Source: Armatimonadia bacterium (lineage in GTDB: Bacteria; Armatimonadota; Zipacnadia; Zipacnadales; UBA11051). Taken from it: a stretch of 54,498 bases of DNA. The translations under genes were made by a program, and so were the position numbers. The stretch spans positions 1 to 54,498 of the forward strand of contig JBDKRC010000113.1 in the NCBI GenBank assembly GCA_039683575.1, given 5' to 3'. The notes beneath the pieces are model-generated. The model worked only from the letters and a program-made list of their open reading frames with translations, did not search any database and had not been told where the DNA came from. Shown here in pieces: positions 16,491-25,591 of this stretch (position 1 is its first letter; every line of letters starts with the position of its first letter).

Positions 16491-19400
16491 CTATTCGGCC
16501 GGAGCCAGGGCTGCCACATCGTAGTAGTCTAGCCCGATGTACAGGATGTTATCGGCAATCGCAGGCGATGAGTACACCCCATAGGCTGTCTGGTGCCGCC
16601 ACAGATGCTCGCCCGTGTCCAGCGCCAGCGCGTACAGAGCCCCATCCTTACTCCCGATGTAGACGATGTTGCCCGCAATCGCCGGAGAACCGAGCACTTC
16701 CTCGGCGCTCTGCACCGACCACACGGGGTCCCCATCAACAGCGGTCACGCAGACGATCCGTCCGTCCACACAGCCGACAACCACTCGATCGCGCGCCACA
16801 GCCGGTGACGAGCGAATCTGGCTGCCCAGTTTCATCCGCCAGTAGACCTCGCCGCTCTCGAGCGAAAGCGCATAGAGGTGGCCGTCGTCCGAGCCACAGT
16901 AGACCACATTCTGGACAATCGCCGCCGAGGACGCGACCGGCGCCTCAGTTACGCGCTGCCACAGCTTCGTCCCGTCCTCAGTCGCGTACGCGTAGAAGTT
17001 GCCGTCCCAGGAGCCCACGACCATCGTGCCATTTGACACGGCTGGGATGGCAGAGACCTCCCCGGCTGTCTGCGCCTTCCACAGCACCGAACCGCTGTCG
17101 ATGCTGATGGCCGTTACATGGCCGGTGCGGTTACCTACGAAGAGCCGGTCACCCGACAGCGTGACCGAGGAGCGGATTGGCGCCCCGACGTCGCGCTGCC
17201 ACAGCCTTCTCCCCGTGTCGGCGGCCGCCGCATGAACGCGCCCGTCGTGTGACCCGACAAAGACCCGGTTATTGGCCACGGCAGGGGTGCTCTCAATACG
17301 GTCGCCCGTCCGTAGCCGCCACTGTTCGGCGCCCCGCTTGGCGTCGAGCGCGTACAGGTGTCCATCACGCGAGCCGACGAACACGAGGCCGCTGGCCACC
17401 ACTGGAGAGCCCATGATTGGGCCCCTGGTGCTGTAACTCCAGACCTGCCGCAGGGGCGGAGCGATCTCAACCTCGGTGGCTCCGTCATGCGTCGCTGCCC
17501 GGTGGAACATAGGCCACGCATTGATCGCCAACACCGACTTCTGGCGCTGTTGCTCAACTTCATCAAGCGCCGTCTGCACGGTGTCCTGCCCCAGGTCCGT
17601 CCGCGACAACCGTAGCGCCGCCTGCAGGTAATTCGCCGCCTTATCGTAGTCCCGTCTCTGGTTGGCCGCAACGCCCAGCGCGTACTGCAGCTTCGGCAGC
17701 TCCGGATAGGTCTCCACCGCCGAGTTCAGAGCCTGCAACACGTCATCCTGCGCCGCCAGGTACCCGAGTGCATAGGCGCCTGCCCAGGGCAAGCCTTCCG
17801 GCCCCGTCAGCCGCTTCAGCAACGCCTCGTGCGCCCTCGGCTCGGAGAGTTCCAGCAGTGCCTCGGTCACTTCATGGCGCAGCGTCTCATCGCCGTCCTC
17901 GATGGCCGCATACAGGTGCCGCAGGCCGCGCCGCAGGTGCAGCTTGCCCACACCCCGTGCCGCCCATGCCCGGGCGCTACCGGGCCCGCGCCGCAACTCC
18001 GCGAGCAGTTCCCGCTCCATGCCTCGCAGCGCCTCGGCCGCATCGGTCCGCACCCGCTGATCCTCGTCATCAAGCAACATTACCAGTTGCTGGATGTAGG
18101 CCCGGTCCGGATACTTGATCGTCGCCCGAGCAGCCGTCAGCCGCACGTGGGGGCTCTCATGTCCCAGCAGCGACCGCAACAGCGCCGTCTGCCCCTCGCC
18201 TAGCTCAGTCAACCGCCCAAACCAGTACTCTTCATCCATCTGCTCGATGGCAGAGCTGCGCAGAACCAGTTCAAGCTCTTCAGGCGAAATCGACAGCGCC
18301 TCGCGAGCATCGTTGATAATGCGCAACTCATCGGCATGCATCAGGATGCCGAACTTCTCGTAGTTGTTTAGCTGCCGCGTCAGCAGGTCCTGGACATCCT
18401 GAACCTGTATCTCCCGCTGCGACAGCCACTGGCCTATCTGGTCGGCCAAGTACTCGTGGATCAACTCATACTGGCGCTGCCGCTCCTTACCCACTCCCCG
18501 CACCAGCCGCAGGTCCATCAGTCGCGCCAGCACCCGCTCAACTTCCTCACGATCCTCGTTCACATCGCCCGCAATGCGCTCGAGCGTACGCATCACGCGC
18601 ACCTCGCTGGACGCCACCATCTGCTTCAGTATGGCCTTGGCAATGCGGCGGTCCAGGGGCGGCAGCGACATGAGGATCTGATCCAGGAACTCGGCCAGTA
18701 TCTTCTGCGACCCGCCTGCCCGGTCATAGATCCCCATAGTGATCGTGCGCATGCTGCGCGGCTTGCTCTGGTACAGCCGGTCGCACACGATCTCGAGCTG
18801 CGCGGGTTCAATGCCATCCCGGTACAAGTCATCCAGTAGCCGGTCCACCAGCGTGCGCTCCAGCCGGATATCGAAATTCTGTGCCGGCTTGATGATCGCG
18901 TCCTCCGCCTGCTCGCGCGTAAGGCGCCGCAGACGGTACATGTGGTGCATGATATCCGGCAGCTTCCGCTGCAGGTCGTACAGGCTACCCACGAAATCTT
19001 CACGAATCGACAGCAGCCAGTGCACTTCCGGCAACTGCTCGATGCAGTCGCTCATCTCGTCAAGGAAAGTCTCCTGGACCCGCGGGCCCAGGTGGACAAA
19101 GTACTCTTCAAAGTGATCGAGGAAGATCGCCAGCTTGCGGTTCACGAGCTTCTGCACACCCGCCAGGAAGCTCCGCAGGTCCGCGATCTTGCCTATGCCC
19201 GAGGGGTCGAAACCGATCTCTTCCACCGCTGCCACGAAAGCGTCCTTGATGCTCTGGGCGGGGTCATCAACACAGCGCGCCGTGATTGGCAGCCAACTCT
19301 CGTCCGGCGTGTCAGCCTGTTCGGCCTCGTGCTGCAGCGCGGCAATCAGTCCGGCGCGCACCAGCGAAGTCTTCCCAATTCCCGACCGGCCAAACAGCAC

Positions 19401-20432
19401 CATTATCGGGTTCTGGCGCATCATCTCCAGCACCACGTCCACGTCATCTTCCCGGCCGAAGAAGAAGTCCTCGTCCTTCATATCGAAGTAATCGAGGAAC
19501 CGGTACGGCCCACCGCGCAGCACGGTCAGGTCCTTGCGCCGCCGGTCGTGCGGCCGGTGCGACCGCCGGATCAGCCGGCCGTGCATCTTGCCGAAGAAGT
19601 CGTTGAACGTCCCCGGCTCCCGGCAAAGCAGGTGCCGTCCGGAGTGTCGCGCTTCGAGCAGCGCCATTACCTCAGGCTGGAAACGGTGATACTCGACACT
19701 CGCCGGGTTCTCAACCTTCAACTCGTCAAACAACCGCTCATCCCGCATGGGGATCATGCGGTTGACCCAGAACACCTTGCCCCCATCACGGCTCACATGC
19801 CGCAGCACCCGTTCATCCCGATCGGCAAAGGCCGAGAAGACCGAGAACACGCGGAACGTGTCGGCGATGACGTCGTGCAGGTCGTCATAGCACGCCGCCA
19901 CCTCAGCCTGGGACATCGGCAGGAACTTGCTCTCGGCATCACCCGCGCACTTCACCAACACCACCCGGGTCGAGTCGCGCAGACCCACACCGATAGTGTC
20001 CGCGTCATCGATGCCGGCGACGAAGTGGTGGTAGTCCTTTTCCGGCTCCATGTGGTTGACCTGGAGGCATTGCTCCAGGATCCGGTCGGGTTCAGCGAGG
20101 AAGATCGTGGGGAAGTACCCATCCTTGATCAGACGGGCGAGGCGGATGTGTCCCTCGGAGGGGCGAGCATCGGCAAGCCGCTGCTTGAGCATCAGGCAGC
20201 GCTCGGCGTGGTCGGGCACTTCGCGGGCATAGAGCTCTATTGCCTCCGGCCCCCGGCGTTCCGGGGGCAAGGCGTCAAGCCGGTGCCCGGCCCACTCAAG
20301 CGCCATCTCCTGCAGCAGTTCATCCACCCGCAAGTCGCGCGGGGGGATGACGACGGCGCTGCCCACGAAGAGCGCGTGCTGTCCGAGTTCGTGTCGGTGT
20401 AGTTTGATGAAGTCTGCGATGACGCTTAACAT
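16491..20432 (-). CDS. Large STAND-type NTPase: degenerate SIR2-like N-domain, nSTAND1-like ATPase, HEAT/TPR repeats, C-terminal PQQ-like beta-propeller
   Basis: GPYRFLDYF...FFGRE, Walker A GRSGIGKTS, Walker B IFLDHFEE, LSIREDF, YELIHEYL; HEAT-like units; ~8 repeats of SSPAV..G.VYVGS.DG.LYAL...G...W; start could be up to 20492. Confidence 0.85.
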   Translation of the reverse strand: MLSVIADFIKLHRHELGQHALFVGSAVVIPPRDLRVDELLQEMALEWAGHRLDALPPERRGPEAIELYAREVPDHAERCLMLKQRLADARPSEGHIRLARLIKDGYFPTIFLAEPDRILEQCLQVNHMEPEKDYHHFVAGIDDADTIGVGLRDSTRVVLVKCAGDAESKFLPMSQAEVAACYDDLHDVIADTFRVFSVFSAFADRDERVLRHVSRDGGKVFWVNRMIPMRDERLFDELKVENPASVEYHRFQPEVMALLEARHSGRHLLCREPGTFNDFFGKMHGRLIRRSHRPHDRRRKDLTVLRGGPYRFLDYFDMKDEDFFFGREDDVDVVLEMMRQNPIMVLFGRSGIGKTSLVRAGLIAALQHEAEQADTPDESWLPITARCVDDPAQSIKDAFVAAVEEIGFDPSGIGKIADLRSFLAGVQKLVNRKLAIFLDHFEEYFVHLGPRVQETFLDEMSDCIEQLPEVHWLLSIREDFVGSLYDLQRKLPDIMHHMYRLRRLTREQAEDAIIKPAQNFDIRLERTLVDRLLDDLYRDGIEPAQLEIVCDRLYQSKPRSMRTITMGIYDRAGGSQKILAEFLDQILMSLPPLDRRIAKAILKQMVASSEVRVMRTLERIAGDVNEDREEVERVLARLMDLRLVRGVGKERQRQYELIHEYLADQIGQWLSQREIQVQDVQDLLTRQLNNYEKFGILMHADELRIINDAREALSISPEELELVLRSSAIEQMDEEYWFGRLTELGEGQTALLRSLLGHESPHVRLTAARATIKYPDRAYIQQLVMLLDDEDQRVRTDAAEALRGMERELLAELRRGPGSARAWAARGVGKLHLRRGLRHLYAAIEDGDETLRHEVTEALLELSEPRAHEALLKRLTGPEGLPWAGAYALGYLAAQDDVLQALNSAVETYPELPKLQYALGVAANQRRDYDKAANYLQAALRLSRTDLGQDTVQTALDEVEQQRQKSVLAINAWPMFHRAATHDGATEVEIAPPLRQVWSYSTRGPIMGSPVVASGLVFVGSRDGHLYALDAKRGAEQWRLRTGDRIESTPAVANNRVFVGSHDGRVHAAAADTGRRLWQRDVGAPIRSSVTLSGDRLFVGNRTGHVTAISIDSGSVLWKAQTAGEVSAIPAVSNGTMVVGSWDGNFYAYATEDGTKLWQRVTEAPVASSAAIVQNVVYCGSDDGHLYALSLESGEVYWRMKLGSQIRSSPAVARDRVVVGCVDGRIVCVTAVDGDPVWSVQSAEEVLGSPAIAGNIVYIGSKDGALYALALDTGEHLWRHQTAYGVYSSPAIADNILYIGLDYYDVAALAPAE

Positions 20433-20467
20433 GAGGGAAGCGCAAGCCTCTGTGTCACATGCAGTGG

Positions 20468-20485
20468 CGCCAGACGCGTCTGGCG
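20468..20485. promoter_or_regulatory. Perfect 18-bp palindrome upstream of the STAND gene
   Basis: cgccagacgcgtctggcg equals its own reverse complement. Confidence 0.4.
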
Positions 20486-20624
20486 TCGGCACCGGTGTAA
20501 GGGCCGGCAGGGCAAGTGGCTTGCCTGCTCCCGACTTCGCCCTGACCTACAGCCAAAGACCAAATCGCCACTCCGCCGCCGGGCACAGCCCGATGTCTGG
20601 AGTGGCGTCGGTTAACTACTGTTG

Positions 20625-20700
20625 TGGTGGGCCCGGCCGGATTTGAACCAGCGACCAATCGGTTATGAGCCGACTGCTCTAACCGCTGAGCTACGGGCCC
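20625..20700 (-). tRNA. tRNA-Ile2 (anticodon CAT, lysidine-type)
   Basis: Minus strand GGGCCCGTAGCTCAGCGGTTAGAGCAGTCGGCTCATAACCGATTGGTCGCTGGTTCAAATCCGGCCGGGCCCACCA, 76 nt with encoded CCA; CTCATAA loop; paired G1-C72; position after rpoD as for E. coli ileX. Confidence 0.92.
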
Positions 20701-20725
20701 GGAGCACATGCCTATAGACCCCTGC

Positions 20726-20754
20726 ATTATACCCCTTCCGACATGCGTGTGCAA
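20726..20754 (-). promoter_or_regulatory. Sigma70 promoter of the tRNA
   Basis: TTGCAC-N17-TATAAT on the minus strand. Confidence 0.75.
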
Positions 20755-20778
20755 CTGACCAAGCTGGCCGTGGACGGG

Positions 20779-22854
20779 CTATTCCAGGTAGTCCCGCAGC
20801 CGCTTGTTCCGGCTCGGATGGCGCAGCTTCTTCAGCGCCTTCGCCTCGATCTGCCGGATGCGTTCGCGGGTCACTTCAAAGATGTGCCCCACTTCTTCCA
20901 GCGTCCGCGAGTACCCGTCCTCGAGGCCGAAGCGGAGCTTCAGCACCTCGCGCTCGCGCTCGCTCAGGCTCCCCAGCACCTTCTCGAGCTGCTCGCGCAG
21001 CACCATGTTCGAGGCGGCATCTACCGGCGTATGGATCTCTTCATCCGGCACGAAGTCGCCCAGATGGCTGTTCTCTTCCTCGCCCACCGGCGCCTCGAGC
21101 GACAGCGGCTCCGGCGCGATGCGCTTGATCTCGCTGACCCGCTCCAGCGGCATGTCCATCTCCGCCGCCACTTCCTCCAGCGTGGGCTCTCGGCCCAACT
21201 GCTGCAAGAGTTGCCGGGAGGTCTTGACCAACCGGTTGATCGTCTCAACCATGTGTACCGGGATGCGAATGATCCGGCCCTGGTCGGCGATGGCGCGAGT
21301 AATGGCCTGTCTGATCCACCACGTCGCATACGTGCTGAACTTGTAGCCCTTGCGGTAGTCGAACTTCTCAACCGCCCGCATGAGCCCCATGTTACCTTCC
21401 TGGATCAGGTCCAGGAAGCTCATGGACGAACGCCCCGTATACTTGCGCGCGATGCTGACTACCAGGCGCAGGTTAGCTTCCGCCAGCGCCTGCACCGCTT
21501 CCTCGTCCTTCAGCGTCAGTGATCCGGGATCAACCGTCCCCTGATCGAGCACGCTCGAGAACTGGACGGTCAGATGCCCCGAAAGCGGCGCGCCCTTGCT
21601 CTCAGGCGGAGGAAGCTGGTTCACTATCACAGGCTGTGGCAGCTCTTCGCCGGTGTTGAAGGTAAACTGGTACGTCTCTGGCAGGTTGTAACCGGCAATC
21701 CCCTTCAGGCCGTTGCGCCCGGACTTGAGCGTCACAGTGTACGCCATATCGCCCGTCAGCGCCCGCTCGGGCACCAGCCGCACCTGCCGACGCTCGTCAT
21801 CATAGTAGACCGTCGCTGCAACGACGCTGTCCATGACGTCCTGCAGCACCACCGTCTTCTCGTTGACGCTGTCCGGCGCCAGCCGCTGGTCCAGGGTAAC
21901 CATAACTGCCCCGGCGCGCGGTGCACCCTCAGTACCGGGTGCCGGGTCTGTAGACACAACCCGAGGCGCCGCCTTGGCCGCCACGGTCTCAAAGGACACC
22001 TTCATGTCCTTTTCGAGATTGCCGTAGCCCAGGCTGCGCACGCCGCCTGTTCCGCTCTTGATGGTGAGCGTATAGCCGGTGCGATAGCGCAGGCGCTCGG
22101 TGGGAGTGAAGACGACGCGCCATGGACGCGGGCCGATCTCCAGCTCGCCAGCCACCCGCTTGCCCGCCTTGTCAGCGACGATGATGGTCTCGGCGTTGAC
22201 TGTGTCCGGCAGCACCGCGTCGCTGAAGTGCAACGCAATCAGCGGGGTGACTTCAACGTTCTTGCTTTTGTGCTTCGGAAAGACTTCAGCGACCCGCAGG
22301 CGCACATCAATGGAGCCGGTGCGGATCGTCCAGACTTCGTCCTTCTCCAGGTACCTTCCGGCGATGTCGTGCAGCCCGCCCTCGCCGCCGCGCACGGAGA
22401 TCTTGTACACCGTGTTCGGCTCCAGCCGCTCAATGGGCGTGAAGTGCAGCGAGTTCGTCAGTGCGTCAAACTCAACATTGCCCTCACTCTTTTGGATGCG
22501 ACGGGCTAGTTCGACCTCTTCCTGCGCCGAGAGCAATGGCACGCGACCGATGTCCCGCAGGTACATCCGTACGGAATCATCAATCGGGACCTCGTCGAGC
22601 TCTTCGAGTTCCTCGTCAGCCAGTGGCGCCGCTTCCTCCTCTTCCTCCTCAGCTTCCTCGTCATCAACCACGCGAATGCCGGCGTCAGTCAGCAGGCGGT
22701 ATACCTCATCAATATCCGAGGCATCCAGCTCTTCGCTCTCGCTGAGACCATCTTGGATTTCGGCGTATGTGAGCACGCCCTGGCGTTGCCCCTTGCGCAT
22801 TAGCGCACGGACTTCCTCCAGTTCGTGAATCTCAGCGTCCTTCCCCTCAGGCAA
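20779..22854 (-). CDS. rpoD: Primary RNA polymerase sigma factor RpoD with a 324-aa Ig-like (Big_5) insert between regions 1.2 and 2
   Basis: Region 1.1 ([15 protein letters not shown]), 1.2 ([16 protein letters not shown]), 2 ([41 protein letters not shown]), 3 and 4 ([21 protein letters not shown]); downstream of dnaG; TTG start at 22854 inferred from AGGAG. Confidence 0.95.
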   Translation of the reverse strand: MPEGKDAEIHELEEVRALMRKGQRQGVLTYAEIQDGLSESEELDASDIDEVYRLLTDAGIRVVDDEEAEEEEEEAAPLADEELEELDEVPIDDSVRMYLRDIGRVPLLSAQEEVELARRIQKSEGNVEFDALTNSLHFTPIERLEPNTVYKISVRGGEGGLHDIAGRYLEKDEVWTIRTGSIDVRLRVAEVFPKHKSKNVEVTPLIALHFSDAVLPDTVNAETIIVADKAGKRVAGELEIGPRPWRVVFTPTERLRYRTGYTLTIKSGTGGVRSLGYGNLEKDMKVSFETVAAKAAPRVVSTDPAPGTEGAPRAGAVMVTLDQRLAPDSVNEKTVVLQDVMDSVVAATVYYDDERRQVRLVPERALTGDMAYTVTLKSGRNGLKGIAGYNLPETYQFTFNTGEELPQPVIVNQLPPPESKGAPLSGHLTVQFSSVLDQGTVDPGSLTLKDEEAVQALAEANLRLVVSIARKYTGRSSMSFLDLIQEGNMGLMRAVEKFDYRKGYKFSTYATWWIRQAITRAIADQGRIIRIPVHMVETINRLVKTSRQLLQQLGREPTLEEVAAEMDMPLERVSEIKRIAPEPLSLEAPVGEEENSHLGDFVPDEEIHTPVDAASNMVLREQLEKVLGSLSEREREVLKLRFGLEDGYSRTLEEVGHIFEVTRERIRQIEAKALKKLRHPSRNKRLRDYLE

Positions 22855-22888
22855 AAGACAATCAACTCCTCTCGCCAGCTTGCGCTGA

Positions 22889-24886
22889 CTACTCGTCCGG
22901 CGCGGCCGGCTCCGGCTCGCTACTGGGCTGTGACGCCCCCTCACTTGCTGACAGCGCCGTCAGGCCGGCCTGATCCGAAAACCCCTCGCGCCCGGCGCCC
23001 CGGAACTTGCGGCTCAGTTGAATGAACCTTAAGAAGTCCGGATCCCCCGGTTTCATCTCTCCTCGGTCAATCGCTGCTGCAACTCTTCGCCGCCACGCCT
23101 CAAAATCCTCCCCGTCATCCTCCACTGGGTGCGAATCTGTTGTTTCTTCGTGCACGACCTCATACTCCCGCCTCAGCCCACGCATGCTCCGATACTGCAA
23201 CATCTTCTCGATAAGGCCCGTAAAGACCTCCTCGGTGCAATCATCATTACTAACAGATAACTCCACCGCGCGTTCCCGCACCCCACCCTCATCCGGCAAG
23301 GTCGGCACAATCGCCTGCGGCACGAACCCCTCATCCCCGGCACGCGCAAACAACGCCGCCGCAATTGCCTGGTGGCATTCATCATGAAAAAGATCTGGCG
23401 TCACCCGCGAGGCCAGTTCACGGCATGACGTCGTATCCGTCAGCGCCATGAACAGTAACTGCGCCTCCACGCCCAGCACGCCCGGCGGTACCTCCCCGGC
23501 CTGCCGCGCGACGGCATCGAGAATCGGCGCCCGATCCCGTGCGGCGTTCGGACGACGTCGAAAACGCGGCTGCTCGCCCGCGCGCCTCTGAAACTCCAGA
23601 CGCAGCGCCCGCGACAATGCCTCACCCCGGCCCGGATTCGATTGCGCCCAATAGTCCGCAACCCGGTCCAAAAGCTCCTGGCGCCGCGCGGGCTCGTGAA
23701 CCTTAACCAGCACATCCACCGCCGACCGCGCCGCCCGCACCCGCCCGTCACCGTCATGCACGTTATACTGCTCGAACGCCATCCGGATCTGATACTCAGG
23801 AAAGCTGATCCCAGCCGCCACCGCCTGCCGCACTGCCTCCGGTCCGCGCTGTCGCACACACTCATCCGGGTCCAGCCCGTCCGGCAGCGTGACTATCTTG
23901 GCATCAGCGTCACTGCTCTCAAATACCGCGATATTCCGCAGCGCCGCCTGCTTCCCCGCATTATCCGCATCATAGATGAAGTACAACTTCTCCGCATATC
24001 TCGACAGCAGCCGCAGGTGCGCCTCTGTCGTCGCCGTTCCCAGGCATGCCACCACGTTCTCAAACCCCGCCTGCACCAGCGCGATCACGTCCATGTAACC
24101 TTCGACAACCAGCACGGACTTGCTGGACGTGACTGCCTGCCGCGCCAGGTTCAGCCCGTAGACCGTCGCGCCCTTCTTGAACACCGCCGTGTCCGGGCTA
24201 TTGAGGTACTTCGCCTGTTCGTCCGGGTCCAGCGCCCTGCCCCCAAAGGCAATCACCCGCCCCGACACATCAACGATCGGGAACATGACCCTGTGACGGA
24301 AGACGTCGTAGTGGCCCGCCGAACTCCCCCGCGGCTTCACCAGCCCCGCCGCCTCCAGCGTCTTCTCGTTGAAACCCTTACCCGAAAGATGCCTGAGCAG
24401 GCCATCCCAGCCGTTGAGCGCATACCCGATCTTGAAGGTCTTGATGATCTCCGGCGTCAGCCCCCGCCGCTCCAGATAGTCGGCCGCCACTTTCCCCTGC
24501 GGCGAGTGAAGCATCTGCTGAAAGTACTCCGCCGCCAGCTCGTTCGCCTTCAGCGCCGTCTGGCGGTCCCGCCCGGTCTTCTCGCCGCCCGGTCCGGACG
24601 ACTTCCATTCCACGCCTGCCCGCTGTGCCAGCCGCTCCGCCGCTTCCGGAAACGTCAGGCCCTCAATCTGCATCACGAACGTGAAGATATCGCCGAACGC
24701 CCCGCAGCCAAAGCACTTCCAGTTCCCGCGCTCGGGATCGACGTAGAAAGACGCGGTCTTCTCCTGGTGGAACGGGCACCGCGCACCGAAGCGCCGCCCC
24801 ATGCGCTGGAGCGGCACGTAACGAGACACCAGTTCGACGATGTCGATCCGTCGCCTGATCTCTTCCTTGATTTCGTCGGAGGTCAT
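22889..24886 (-). CDS. dnaG: DNA primase
   Basis: [11 protein letters not shown]...WKCFGC zinc finger, [46 protein letters not shown]. Confidence 0.96.
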   Translation of the reverse strand: MTSDEIKEEIRRRIDIVELVSRYVPLQRMGRRFGARCPFHQEKTASFYVDPERGNWKCFGCGAFGDIFTFVMQIEGLTFPEAAERLAQRAGVEWKSSGPGGEKTGRDRQTALKANELAAEYFQQMLHSPQGKVAADYLERRGLTPEIIKTFKIGYALNGWDGLLRHLSGKGFNEKTLEAAGLVKPRGSSAGHYDVFRHRVMFPIVDVSGRVIAFGGRALDPDEQAKYLNSPDTAVFKKGATVYGLNLARQAVTSSKSVLVVEGYMDVIALVQAGFENVVACLGTATTEAHLRLLSRYAEKLYFIYDADNAGKQAALRNIAVFESSDADAKIVTLPDGLDPDECVRQRGPEAVRQAVAAGISFPEYQIRMAFEQYNVHDGDGRVRAARSAVDVLVKVHEPARRQELLDRVADYWAQSNPGRGEALSRALRLEFQRRAGEQPRFRRRPNAARDRAPILDAVARQAGEVPPGVLGVEAQLLFMALTDTTSCRELASRVTPDLFHDECHQAIAAALFARAGDEGFVPQAIVPTLPDEGGVRERAVELSVSNDDCTEEVFTGLIEKMLQYRSMRGLRREYEVVHEETTDSHPVEDDGEDFEAWRRRVAAAIDRGEMKPGDPDFLRFIQLSRKFRGAGREGFSDQAGLTALSASEGASQPSSEPEPAAPDE

Positions 24887-24975
24887 GGGTATAGGATTCT
24901 CTCGGGGTGCGGCTTTGACCTGCAGATAGCTTCCGGGTTGGTCCTCCGTGGCCGCTTGGTACTGTTTGTACCAGA

Positions 24976-25584
24976 CTATTCCACGTCGCCCAGACGAAGG
25001 GGCTCTTCTGTCTTGTCGGCAATAACCCATTCGGCGGTGTATCGTCGGAGTTTGCGGAACACTCCTAGGCCATATCTCGGACTTACGGTCTCTCCCCAAA
25101 TTGCGAGACGATACTCACCAGGGGGAAGGGCGAATGCTCTGGTCATACTTGGGGCTATCTCAGTATGCATCCTGACCGGGCCATCGAAAGACATGTATAC
25201 GGTCTCGTTGGACGAGTTGACCATGACCAGTTCTGGTGTCTGCGAAGTGGATTCCGTCTCAGTGAATGGTGAGCCACTGGGCCGCGACTGCTCCCCTTTC
25301 GGCGGCTCAAGGCTCCGTCTTCGGCCCTCGCTGAGACTAGGCGTTCGCTTCATGTCTATGGATCTGCGCACGCCGTCTGCTAAGCCATCCAGTTGCTCCG
25401 TGGTTGGCAGCAGAGGGCGATCAAGCACTGATGGTGGGTCGGCGAACAGAGAGGATCGGCATTTGAGAGACAGAACGGAGACGGTAGAAACTATCCCGAC
25501 TGCAATCAGGGACAGCCCCACCGTACGGCGCCGTCGATTCCGTACAATGACTTCTTGCCTATGCGATGGACAACTGGTACCCAT
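24976..25584 (-). CDS. Hypothetical membrane-anchored/secreted protein (atypical composition)
   Basis: 202-aa ORF with basic stretch plus hydrophobic helix and a C-terminal beta-rich segment (LPPGEYRL); weaker GC3 bias; start uncertain. Confidence 0.5.
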   Translation of the reverse strand: MGTSCPSHRQEVIVRNRRRRTVGLSLIAVGIVSTVSVLSLKCRSSLFADPPSVLDRPLLPTTEQLDGLADGVRRSIDMKRTPSLSEGRRRSLEPPKGEQSRPSGSPFTETESTSQTPELVMVNSSNETVYMSFDGPVRMHTEIAPSMTRAFALPPGEYRLAIWGETVSPRYGLGVFRKLRRYTAEWVIADKTEEPLRLGDVE

Positions 25585-25591
25585 AGAGCAC

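Noticed and set aside
20625-20700. tRNA-Met (initiator or elongator) call; integrative element at the tRNA 3' end
   Set aside because: Paired 1-72 and no triple G-C anticodon stem argue against fMet, and sequence plus position after rpoD fit Ile2. No integrase or duplicated tRNA 3' end was seen.
21508-22479. Intein or intron as the explanation for the rpoD insert
   Set aside because: No terminal His-Asn followed by Cys/Ser/Thr, no Hint or LAGLIDADG motifs, no stops; the sequence is Ig-like repeats.
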